Shown: positions 1 to 8,810 of the stretch, piece after piece
Layout: each line of letters opens with the position of its first letter
Numbering within the stretch: the first letter of the stretch is position 1
Assembly: GCA_963750165.1 (NCBI GenBank)
Contig: CAVVPN010000003.1
Location: 992,001 to 1,056,000 of the forward strand
DNA: 64,000 nucleotides
From: an uncultured Gemmataceae bacterium
GTDB taxonomy: Bacteria > Planctomycetota > Planctomycetia > Gemmatales > Gemmataceae
Direction of reading: 5' to 3'
Program-made: the position numbers and the translations under genes
The notes under the pieces: generated by a model
The model's database searches: none
What the model saw: only the letters and a program-made list of their open reading frames with translations
Told to the model about the DNA's origin: nothing

Positions 1-3000
1 ATCGCCTTCGAGTTCGTCGAGGGCAGCAACCTGCGCACGATCCTGGAGCGGCGCGGCCGGCTGCCGGTGGCCGAGGCCGTGCATTACATGCTGCAGATCG
101 CCGCCGGCCTGGCGCATGCGGCGTCGCGCGGCGTCGTCCATCGCGACATCAAGCCGTCCAACATCATCATCAGTCCCAACGGTCGCGCCAAGCTCGTGGA
201 CATGGGCCTGGCGCAGCCTGGAAAAGCACGCCGACCACGACCTGACCCAGTCCGGCGTCACGCTCGGCACCTTCGACTACATCTCGCCCGAGCAGGCCCT
301 GGAGCCGCGCGACGCCGACGTGCGCAGCGACATTTATTCGCTGGGCTGCACCTTTTACCACATGCTAACGGGGCAGCCGCCGGTGCCGGAGGGGACCGCC
401 GCCAAGAAACTGCACCATCACCAGTACATCGCGCCGGTCGATCCGCGCCAGCTCAACCCGGACATCCCCGATGAGGTAGCGGCCATCCTGGTGCGCATGA
501 TGGCCAAGGACCCCAAGGACCGCTATCAGCGGGCCGAGCATCTGGTGCAACACCTGATCCAGGTGGCGCAACAGCTCGGGGCCAGCGCCGACCTGCCGGA
601 CGGCGTGTTGTTCGTGGATGCGCCGCTGCCGACGCCGCCGCGCCGCCGGCCGCTGCTGACCGCAACACTGGCGGCGCTGGTGCTGGGCGTGCTGTTGATC
701 CTGCGTGCCGTGGCGCTGCCGCAGTACGAGTCGGTGCCGCTGCCGAAGCCCACGTTCACGCCGCAGCTGACGCGCGACAAGGCGCCCCGGGACGTGGTGG
801 CCGGCGACGACGGCCAGAAAGCGGTGAAGGGCGAGGTCCAGGTCGGCACGTTCCAGGAACTGCAGAAGGTGCTCGAGGACAGGGATCCGCCGCCGGTCAT
901 CAAGCTGACGGCGGACATCGCGCTGCCGCGCGGGCTGGTCTTCCGCGGCCCCCGCGACCGCCAGGTCCTGCTGCAGTCCGCCGACGACAAACGGCGGGTG
1001 ACGTTGAGCTATGCGTTCGTGCCACCGGCCAGCCCGCCGGAGCGCGGCAAGGTCTGGGCCGGGCTGATGGTCGAGGCCGGCAAACTGGGGTTGAACAACC
1101 TCCGCCTGGAAGTCGCTGCAGAGGTGACGCCGAACGTGCCCGTGGCCGCGGTCGCGGTCACTGACGCGGGCGACGCCCGCTTCGTCAAATGCATCTTCAG
1201 TCAGAAGACGCCGCTGCAACCGCTCCTGGCCACGCCGGACCTGGTGCCGGTGGCCTCGGTCCTCGGCTGGCGGAGCCCGAAGGCTGGCCCGAGCGACGCC
1301 GTGCCGTACCTGCGCTTCGACGAGTGCTTCTTCGAGCGCGGCCAGGCAGCGGTTGCCCTGAACTGCCGCACCGCCGAGGACCTGTCGGTCATCAGCTGCG
1401 CCTTCGGGCCGCACTGCACGCTGTTCCACCTCCGCGGCGAGGATCGCTCTTACAAGACGCAGCTGTACCTGAAACAGGTCTCGGCCCATCTGGTGTACGG
1501 TCCCGCCTTCCGGCTGGACGGCAAGGCGACCTGCAAGTTGACGGTGATGAACTCGCTGTTCGCGGCCAAGCGGGACTCGCTCCAGCAGGGCGACGGCCAG
1601 GACCTGATTTGCCAGACGGACGAGTCGGCCCCGAATTTCGATTACGAGGGCCAGCGCAACGGCTATTACGGGCTGAACGCCTTCCTGGTGCGGCAGCCGT
1701 ACAAGATCGTGCAGCCGACCAACTGGGCGGAGTTCCGCGCCGTGATCCGCAAGAAGGGCGGCCGCGACGAGGATTCGGTGCTCCTCCAGACCAGCCCGTG
1801 GCTGGACCCCGGTCAGGTCACGAAGTTGCTCAACCCGACCGCGGACCAGCAGCCGCGGCTGGCGTTCCGCATCAACCCGATCATGCCCGAGCTGCGCACC
1901 AGCCCCGGGAAGGCACTGGGCGTGGATGAGTGCGTCTGGGGGCGGACCAACGATAACCTGCCGGTCCTGACGCAGAAGGCGCCGGAATCGCCCGTGTACC
2001 AGCTCAAAAAGGGCGAGAAGCTGGTGGACCCGCAGTCGGACGGTGGAGTCCCTGGCGTGTACCGCACATTCACGGGCGCCGTGGGGGAAGCCAACCCCAA
2101 AGACGTGATCTACATCAAAGAAGGCAAGGACAATGACGGTAAGGTTGTCCCGCTGCCGGTGGTCCTGACGCAGTTCCGTGGCGTGACGAACCTGACGTTC
2201 CGGCCCTACCCAGGCTGCCGGCCGGTGCTGACGCTGGAGCCGACCAGATTGTACTACCAAGAGCATGCGCTGTTCCGTCTGCAACACGAAAAGATCACCT
2301 TTGAAAACCTGACCTTTCTGCTCAAGCCGGACGCGCCCTTCAATGCGCTGTCGGTGGTGGCGATCACGGGCAACGGCGAATGCATCTTCGACCACTGCCA
2401 GGTGACGCTGGAGTCCAGCGGTGATTACAGTGGGGTGCCGCTTAGCGTCGTGGCGCTGCTGCCCGACAGCAAGGCCGCCATGAAGACGACCACCATGATG
2501 CCGTTAGATCGCGATCGACCCGTGATGAACTGGAAGGATTGTCTGGTGCGCGGCCAGGGCGATTTGGTGTGCGTCAAGGGCAGCCGGCCATTTCGGCTGG
2601 CGGTCAAGGGCAGTCTGCTGGCGCTGACCGGGACGCTGCTGAACGTGGAGGCCGCCGCCGCGGATGTAGCCGAAAACGTCCCGGCCGCGACGGTGAAACT
2701 GGACCACGTGACCGCCCTGCAGCACGAACACCTGTTCTGGCTGCGGGCCGGCAAGACCGGCAAGGGGCTGGTGCCGACGAAGGTGGACGCGGACCACAAC
2801 CTGTTCGTCAGCGTTGATATGCGGCCGCTGGTGCGCCTGGAGGGGGCGGACGGCGACGAGCAAATCCGCAAGCTCCTGGTCTTCAAGGGCGACCACAATG
2901 CCTACGGCGGCTTCGACAGCCTGCTGGAGACGTACCCCCCCAACGAGTCCATACCGATGCAGTGCAAGCTGATGGATTGGCGGCGCCTGACCGAGGACAA

Positions 3001-3295
3001 CGAGAACACCCAGCGTTTCGGCCGCGTCCGCTTCGAGGGCAACACGAAACTGCTGAACCAGGACAACGGCTATCTGCTCAAGGTGGAGCCGAATGATTTC
3101 CGCATCGACCGCGTGGAGACGAAACTGGACCTGCAAGGCTACGGGGCGCCGTTGGAGGACTGGCTGCGGCCGTCGAGCCCCGACATGAACATGCCGAACG
3201 GCGAAGCCCACGAAGAGCAGGAGCACTCGGTTTCGATTTATCGGAAACGGATTGCGACATCGATCCTTAACCGATGCGCGGGAACAGCGGCTTGA
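1..3295 (+). CDS. Hanks-type Ser/Thr protein kinase with TM helix and large extracytoplasmic (beta-helix-like) region; 5' truncated; apparent frameshift near 213
   Basis: Frame 1 from base 1 reads FEFVEG...HRDIKPSN...LVDMGLA. It continues in the 116..3295 frame with GTFDYISPEQA, DVRSDIYSLG and the hydrophobic helix LLTATLAALVLGVLLILRAVAL. Confidence 0.88.
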   Translation, partial: SPSSSSRAATCARSWSGAAGCRWPRPCITCCRSPPAWRMRRRAASSIATSSRPTSSSVPTVAPSSWTWAWRSLEKHADHDLTQSGVTLGTFDYISPEQALEPRDADVRSDIYSLGCTFYHMLTGQPPVPEGTAAKKLHHHQYIAPVDPRQLNPDIPDEVAAILVRMMAKDPKDRYQRAEHLVQHLIQVAQQLGASADLPDGVLFVDAPLPTPPRRRPLLTATLAALVLGVLLILRAVALPQYESVPLPKPTFTPQLTRDKAPRDVVAGDDGQKAVKGEVQVGTFQELQKVLEDRDPPPVIKLTADIALPRGLVFRGPRDRQVLLQSADDKRRVTLSYAFVPPASPPERGKVWAGLMVEAGKLGLNNLRLEVAAEVTPNVPVAAVAVTDAGDARFVKCIFSQKTPLQPLLATPDLVPVASVLGWRSPKAGPSDAVPYLRFDECFFERGQAAVALNCRTAEDLSVISCAFGPHCTLFHLRGEDRSYKTQLYLKQVSAHLVYGPAFRLDGKATCKLTVMNSLFAAKRDSLQQGDGQDLICQTDESAPNFDYEGQRNGYYGLNAFLVRQPYKIVQPTNWAEFRAVIRKKGGRDEDSVLLQTSPWLDPGQVTKLLNPTADQQPRLAFRINPIMPELRTSPGKALGVDECVWGRTNDNLPVLTQKAPESPVYQLKKGEKLVDPQSDGGVPGVYRTFTGAVGEANPKDVIYIKEGKDNDGKVVPLPVVLTQFRGVTNLTFRPYPGCRPVLTLEPTRLYYQEHALFRLQHEKITFENLTFLLKPDAPFNALSVVAITGNGECIFDHCQVTLESSGDYSGVPLSVVALLPDSKAAMKTTTMMPLDRDRPVMNWKDCLVRGQGDLVCVKGSRPFRLAVKGSLLALTGTLLNVEAAAADVAENVPAATVKLDHVTALQHEHLFWLRAGKTGKGLVPTKVDADHNLFVSVDMRPLVRLEGADGDEQIRKLLVFKGDHNAYGGFDSLLETYPPNESIPMQCKLMDWRRLTEDNENTQRFGRVRFEGNTKLLNQDNGYLLKVEPNDFRIDRVETKLDLQGYGAPLEDWLRPSSPDMNMPNGEAHEEQEHSVSIYRKRIATSILNRCAGTAA

Positions 3296-4850
3296 CCTTG
3301 CCGCCCTCCAGCGCCGCCAGCACGCGCAGGTCCTCGGCCTGACCCGGATACTGCCACGCATCCTCGTAGCGCACCGCCTCCCACGGCTGCCGGAAATTGA
3401 AGCTGCGGTAGACCGTCTCCGCGGTGCGCGGCAGGAACGGCTTGAGCAAGATCGCCGTCGAGCGCAGCGGCTCGACCAGATCGAACAGTACCTGCCGGGT
3501 GGCGTCTCGGTCGGTCTTGACCAGTTTCCACGGCTCACGCCGCTCCGCGTACTGGTTCGCCGGGTTCAGCACTGACAGCCAGATTTTTTGCAGTGCCTGG
3601 TTGTACTGGCACGCTTCCACATGGCCGCGCACCTGTTCCACCACTTCGCGCAACGACGGCAGTTCGCCCTCCGTCGTCGGCCGCGGCGTTTGCGCGGCGG
3701 TGCCGGCGAGGACGCCCTCGTAGTTGGCCGCCACCAGGCGCAGCACGCGGCTGTAGAGGTTGCCGAGGTTGTTCGCCAGGTCGCTGTTGTAGACCTCCGC
3801 GAAGCGGCCCCAACTGAACTCGCCGTCGCCGGGGAACGGGCACTCGCGCATGAAGTAGTAGCGGAACGCCTCACTGCTGAACTTCGTGATGACGTCCATC
3901 GGCTCGACGACGTTGCCGAGCGCCTTGCTGATCTTCTGCACTTCACCCGTCTCCTCGTCCTTGCGGTAGACGAAGCCGTGCGCGAACACTCGCCGCGGCG
4001 CCTCCTCGCCGGCGGCCCACAACATCGCCGGCCACAGTGCGCAGTGGAAGCGCGTGATGTCCTTGCCGATGAAATGCACGTCGGCTGGCCAGTATTTGCG
4101 GAATGTCGCCTCGTCGTCGCCGTAGCCGATGCCGGTGATGTACGTCAGCAAGGCGTCGAACCAGACGTAGATGACGTAATCCTCGGCGAACGGGATGCGG
4201 ATGCCCCAGGGTTGGTTCAGCCGGCTGATCAGGAGGTCCTTCAACCCTTCGGTTTCGATGAAGCTGACGACCTCATTCTTGCGCGTTTCCGGCTGAATGA
4301 ACTCCGGATTCTCCTGATAGTACTTCAGGAGCCGGTCCCGAAAGGACGACCACCGAAAGAACCAGCCCGGCTCACTCCGGCGGATGAGCGGCGTCTTGTG
4401 GTTGGGGCACAGTCCGGCGTTCTCCTGATACTGCTTCTCGGTCTTGAACTCCTCACAGCCTTCGCAGTACCAACCCTCATACTTTCCCTGGTAAATGTGG
4501 CCGTTGTCGTACACCTTCTGGATGAATTTCCGGCAGCACTGCTTGTGCCGCTCGGAACTCGTCTGGATGAACACGTCGCAGCTGATGTCGAGGCTTTTCC
4601 ACACGTCGCGGAACTGCCGGGCCATGTCGTCGCAGTACGCCTGGATGTCCTGGCCCAACTCGGCGGCCTTTTTCGCGACCTTGACGGTGTTCTCGTCGGT
4701 GCCCATGAGGAAGAGGACTTCGTCGCCCTCCATGCGCCGGTAGCGGGCCTGCACGTCGGCGCCGATCTTCTCGAAGGCGGTGCCGATGTGCGGCCGGCTG
4801 TTGGGGTAGTCGATGGCGGTGGTCTGGTAAAATCGGCGGTGCGCAGTCAT
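3267..4850 (-). CDS. metG: Methionine--tRNA ligase
   Basis: TTAIDYPNSRPHIG (HIGH-like), GTDE, zinc knuckle CEGC..CPNH, YVWFDAL, GKDI, KISKALGN (KMSKS-like), NSDLANNLGNL. Confidence 0.96.
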   Translation of the reverse strand: MTAHRRFYQTTAIDYPNSRPHIGTAFEKIGADVQARYRRMEGDEVLFLMGTDENTVKVAKKAAELGQDIQAYCDDMARQFRDVWKSLDISCDVFIQTSSERHKQCCRKFIQKVYDNGHIYQGKYEGWYCEGCEEFKTEKQYQENAGLCPNHKTPLIRRSEPGWFFRWSSFRDRLLKYYQENPEFIQPETRKNEVVSFIETEGLKDLLISRLNQPWGIRIPFAEDYVIYVWFDALLTYITGIGYGDDEATFRKYWPADVHFIGKDITRFHCALWPAMLWAAGEEAPRRVFAHGFVYRKDEETGEVQKISKALGNVVEPMDVITKFSSEAFRYYFMRECPFPGDGEFSWGRFAEVYNSDLANNLGNLYSRVLRLVAANYEGVLAGTAAQTPRPTTEGELPSLREVVEQVRGHVEACQYNQALQKIWLSVLNPANQYAERREPWKLVKTDRDATRQVLFDLVEPLRSTAILLKPFLPRTAETVYRSFNFRQPWEAVRYEDAWQYPGQAEDLRVLAALEGGKVKPLFPRIG

Positions 4851-4901
4851 GCTCGCGGCATCCCCTTCGTGAAGGCCAGTGGGGCTCTCCTTGATAGGAT
4901 C

Positions 4902-4930
4902 ATGATTTGCCCTGCGCGGTTCGCTGTCAA
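4902..4930 (-). promoter_or_regulatory. Putative sigma70 promoter for metG
   Basis: Minus strand TTGACA-N17-AATCAT about 50 nt upstream of the metG start. Confidence 0.45.
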
Positions 4931-4943
4931 TGGGGAAGAGGGG

Positions 4944-5045
4944 TTCACCGCCAAGACACAAAGGCACACAAAGAAGACAAAACAGGAAAAGAACGCCCTT
5001 TTCCTGTTTTGTCTTCTTTGTGTGCCTTTGTGTCTTGGCGGTGAA
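4944..5045. repeat. Perfect 48-bp inverted repeat with nonamer-periodic arms
   Basis: 4944-4991 is the exact reverse complement of 4998-5045, 6-nt loop. Confidence 0.95.
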
Positions 5046-5051
5046 TTCCGC

Positions 5052-5297
5052 TTACGACGCCTGCAGCGTCCGGGCCAGGGCCAGACCCTTTTCGGTGATC
5101 TGGATGGCGACCGGCTGGCCGTTGCGGCCGTAGAAGACGGTCAGGTTGTTCAGCCATTCCAGGTTGGACAGGACGCGCTTGCTCCACTCCACCGAGGCGC
5201 CCGGCATGCAGGCGTTGATCAGTTCGGTCACCCGGCAAAACGTGTGCTGTTGCAGATAACACAGCACCCTGGTTTCCTCGGGGGTCATCATCGGCAT
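5052..5297 (-). CDS. Small hypothetical protein, possibly winged-helix (81 aa)
   Basis: AGAAGAGG RBS before ATG, GC-biased codons, C-terminal ITEKG resembling a MarR/wHTH wing. Confidence 0.6.
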   Translation of the reverse strand: MPMMTPEETRVLCYLQQHTFCRVTELINACMPGASVEWSKRVLSNLEWLNNLTVFYGRNGQPVAIQITEKGLALARTLQAS

Positions 5298-5621
5298 GGC
5301 CTCTTCTGGACAGTTCTCCTGCGCCGGGCCTTTCATGAAACCGCGTTCGCCGTTTTGACGCAACACCTTCACACCTCTTTCACGTTGTTTGGCCGTGCCC
5401 CACCCCGGCAAAAACGCCAGGACGCTCAAAACCCCGTCAACCCTCCCGTCCGCCTCGTCGAACTCCGGCCGTGTCGTTGGTGTCAGGAAGGTGGTGACGT
5501 GGTTCTGTCTTGATCGCCCGTTCCCACCCCCTTCAATGACAAAAGACACGGCAATTTCAGCCCGGCATTCCTCTCGCCAGTCCCGGCAGTGTGTTCTACA
5601 ATAGCCGCGACGATACCGCCA

Positions 5622-5897
5622 GCCCGCACGCTCGGAACCCTGGCGCGGTTCGCAGTTGCGTGGACCACGAACGGCAGGCGCTGCCAGGCGCGCTTCTCGA
5701 CGTATGAAAAAGTTGGCGTTCTTGGCGTCCTTGCTGTGGCAACCGCCGCCGTTGGTTGTTGAGTCGTGCCACCTGCACGGGGCCAGGGCGCCGAATCTCG
5801 ACGTATGAAAAAGCTGGCCCCCTTGGCCCCCTTGGCCCCCTTGCTGTGGCAGAGCAGGCCGCTGGTGGTCAGCCCATGCCCGCACGCTCGGAACCCT
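5622..5897. repeat. Composite dispersed repeat, homologous to the insert at 20664-20842, bounded by 20-bp direct repeats
   Basis: GCCCGCACGCTCGGAACCCT at 5622-5641 and 5878-5897; two internal CTCGACGTATGAAAAAG...CCTTGCTGTGGCA modules; long matches to the reverse complement of about 20700-20842. Confidence 0.85.
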
Positions 5898-5899
5898 AA

Positions 5900-6931
5900 A
5901 TGAACCAACCACCGGCAGTCCCCAGCCGACCCCGGCCGCCCACCTGGGCCATCGCCCTCGCGTTCGGCGTGGTCTACATCACCTGGGGGACCACCTACCT
6001 GGCCATCAAGCAGGGCGTCCACGACGAGTGCCTGCCGTTCGCGCTGTTCGGCGGCACCCGCGTCTGCCTGGCCGGTCTGCTGGTGCTCGGCTTCCTGGCG
6101 CTGCGCGGCCAGTCGCTGCGGATTTCGGGCCGCGACCTGAGCCACCTGCTCGTCGGCGGCGTCATCCTGTTCGTCGGCGGCAACGGCCTGATTAACCTCG
6201 CGGAGACGACGGTGCCCAGCGGTGCCGCGGCGGTGCTGGCGGCGACCACGCCGTTGTGGATCGCCCTGACTGAATTGCTCTGGCCGCGCGGCGAGCGTCT
6301 CGGCCGGCGTGGCTGGTGCGGCCTGCTGCTGGGGTTGGTCGGCGTCGGCCTGATGCTGGGGCCGAAGCTGGGCGACCCGGCGGCCCTGCTGGGCGACGTG
6401 GGGCCGCTGCTGGTGCTCGGCTCCGCGGCGGCGTGGGGCTTCGGCTCGGTGCTGATGCGCCACCGCCGGCTGCGTGTGAATCACTTGATGGCCGCCGCGT
6501 ATCAAATGGTCATGGGGGGTGGCCTGCTGGCGCTGCTCGGCCTGGCGCTGGGCGAGGCCGGCCGGCTGCCGGAGCGGCCGACGCCCGGGGCCGTCGGGGC
6601 GTACGTGTATTTGCTGGTTGTCGGCTCGCTGCTGGGCTTTCTGGCGTACAACTGGCTGCTGGGCCACGTCTCGGCGGCAAAAGTGGGGACGTATGCGTAT
6701 GTTAACCCGGTAGTCGCGGTATTGATCGCCTTCGCGGTCGGTGAGGAGATGACGTTAGAAATCGTGGCCGGCATCACGGTCATCCTGACGGCCGTGGCGC
6801 TGGTGCGCATCCCCGGTCGTCGGGCCGCGGCGCTGCCGCTGAAACAAGTGCTCCAACCCGAGGATACGTATCTGATTTCCGGAGGACGGGAGTATGAGTT
6901 CCGAAACCCTGCAGTTCAAAACCGAGCTTAA
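5900..6931 (+). CDS. EamA/DMT family transporter (YedA-like)
   Basis: About 10 TM helices; [13 protein letters not shown] and [11 protein letters not shown] motifs. Confidence 0.92.
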   Translation: MNQPPAVPSRPRPPTWAIALAFGVVYITWGTTYLAIKQGVHDECLPFALFGGTRVCLAGLLVLGFLALRGQSLRISGRDLSHLLVGGVILFVGGNGLINLAETTVPSGAAAVLAATTPLWIALTELLWPRGERLGRRGWCGLLLGLVGVGLMLGPKLGDPAALLGDVGPLLVLGSAAAWGFGSVLMRHRRLRVNHLMAAAYQMVMGGGLLALLGLALGEAGRLPERPTPGAVGAYVYLLVVGSLLGFLAYNWLLGHVSAAKVGTYAYVNPVVAVLIAFAVGEEMTLEIVAGITVILTAVALVRIPGRRAAALPLKQVLQPEDTYLISGGREYEFRNPAVQNRA

Positions 6932-8775
6932 ACAACTCCTCCATCTCATCATTCACTCGCTGTACTCGCACAAGGATATTTTCCTTCGCGAGTTGATCTC
7001 CAACGCCAGCGACGCCATTGACACGGTGCGCTTCCAGTCGCTGACGAATCAGGAGTTGCTGGAGAGCGATGCTGACTGGAAGATCAAGATCATTCCGGAT
7101 GAGAAAGCGAACACGCTGACGATCTCCGACAACGGCGTCGGCATGTCGAAGGAGACAGTCGTTGAGAACCTCGGCACCATCGCCAAGTCGGGCACGCGGG
7201 CGTTTCTGGAGGCGCTGAAGCAGGCGGACGCACAGCAGCGGCCGGAGTTGATCGGCCAGTTCGGCGTCGGGTTTTACTCGTCGTTCATGGTCGCGGACAA
7301 GGTGACGGTGATTTCGCGCACCGCCGGGCCGAAGGAGCACGGCGTTCAGTGGGAGTCCGACGGCCAGGGCGAATTCTCCGTGCAGGACGTGACGAAGGAG
7401 CGGCGTGGCACCGACGTGATTCTGCACCTGCGCGGACTCGACGGAATTTCTGAAGCCGTGGCGCATCCATGAGATCGTCAAGAAATACTCCGATTTCGTG
7501 GAACACCCGATTGTGATGGATGTGGAGAAGGAGGAGGACGGCAAAAAGGAGACGGTGGAGGAGACGCTGAACTCGCGCAAGGCGCTGTGGCTGCGTAACA
7601 AAAACGAGATCACGCCGGAGGAGTATGAGGAGTTTTACAAGCACTTATCACACGACCCCCAGCCGCCGGCCAAAACCATTCACTACAAGGCCGAGGGCAC
7701 GATTGAGTTTCGCGCCCTGCTGTACCTGCCAGCGCACCGGCCGTTCGACCTGATGTGGGGCGACGCCAAGCGCGGCCTGCACCTGTACATCCAGCGCGTG
7801 TTCATCATGGACGACTGCGAGGCCCTGCTGCCGACGTACCTGCGTTTCGTCAAGGGTGTCGTCGATTCGCCTGACCTGCCGTTGAACGTCTCACGCGAAC
7901 TGTTGCAGCAGAGCGCCCCGCTGGAGAAGATCAAGTCCAACCTCGTCAACAAAATCCTGAGCACGCTCGGCGACATGAAGCGCACCGAGTACGATCATTA
8001 TGTCAAGTTCTACGAGGAGTTGGGCGGCGTTCTGAAAGAGGGCGTCGGCCAGGACTATCAGAACAAGCAGCGCATCGCGGAACTGCTGCTGTTCGAGTCC
8101 ACCAAAACGGAGAAGGGCAAGTACACGACGCTGGACGATTACCTCGACCGCATGGCGGTGTCGCAGGAAAACATTTACTACCTCATCGGCGAGAGCCGCG
8201 AACTGATCGAGCACTCGCCGTATTTGGAATCATTCAAGGCGCAGGATCAGGAAGTGCTGCTGCTGACCGATCCGGTGGACGAGTTCCTGGTCGGTTCGTT
8301 GTTCGAGTACAAGGGCAAGAAGCTGCGGGCCGTGGACAAGGGTGAGTTGAACGCCGGCGAGATCGACGCGGCGAAGAAGCAGGAGTTCCAGCCGCTGCTG
8401 GACTACATGAAGGACAAGCTGCCGGAGGTCAAGGACGTGCGGCTGTCCAACCGCCTCAAGGAGAGCGCCGCCTGCCTGGTCGCCGACGAGCACGCCATGA
8501 GCGCCCATCTGGAGCGGTTGCTGCGACAGCACGGCCGGTTGCAAGAAACGGAGGGCGAGAAACGCATTCTGGAGTTGAACGCCGACCACCCCGCCGTCGC
8601 GGCCGTGCGCCAGCTGCACGCCCGCAACGCGGACGACGCCCGGTTGGAGAAGTATACGCGGCTGCTCTATGACCAGGCGGTCATCGCGGAGGGCTCGAAG
8701 TTGCGCGACCCGCAGGCGTTCGCCCGACGCATCAACGAGGTGCTGGCGCGCGACGCGGCGGTCTCGACCGGATGA
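6894..8775 (+). CDS. htpG: Chaperone HtpG (Hsp90); apparent frameshift near 7433
   Basis: [27 protein letters not shown] in 6894..7472; middle and C domains ([21 protein letters not shown]) in 7498..8775; the second frame reads [25 protein letters not shown] across the join. Confidence 0.93.
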
Positions 8776-8810
8776 TGCCGCGCGACCGCGCAGAACACAA
8801 AGGAGAGCCC

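Noticed and set aside
3225..3295. Functional meaning of the kinase/metG 3' overlap and the EamA/htpG overlap at 6894-6931
   Set aside because: The tails have atypical codons and may reflect stop-codon drift or further indel errors.
4851..5045. T-box or SAM riboswitch upstream of metG
   Set aside because: No T-box or SAM consensus seen. The hairpin belongs to a dispersed repeat family and lies upstream of the predicted promoter.
5052..5912. Full 286-aa ORF and the similar short ORFs at 20594-20929 (HSKGAKGAKGA peptides)
   Set aside because: The peptide similarity comes from the shared DNA repeat read in different frames. Only the last 81 codons look coding.
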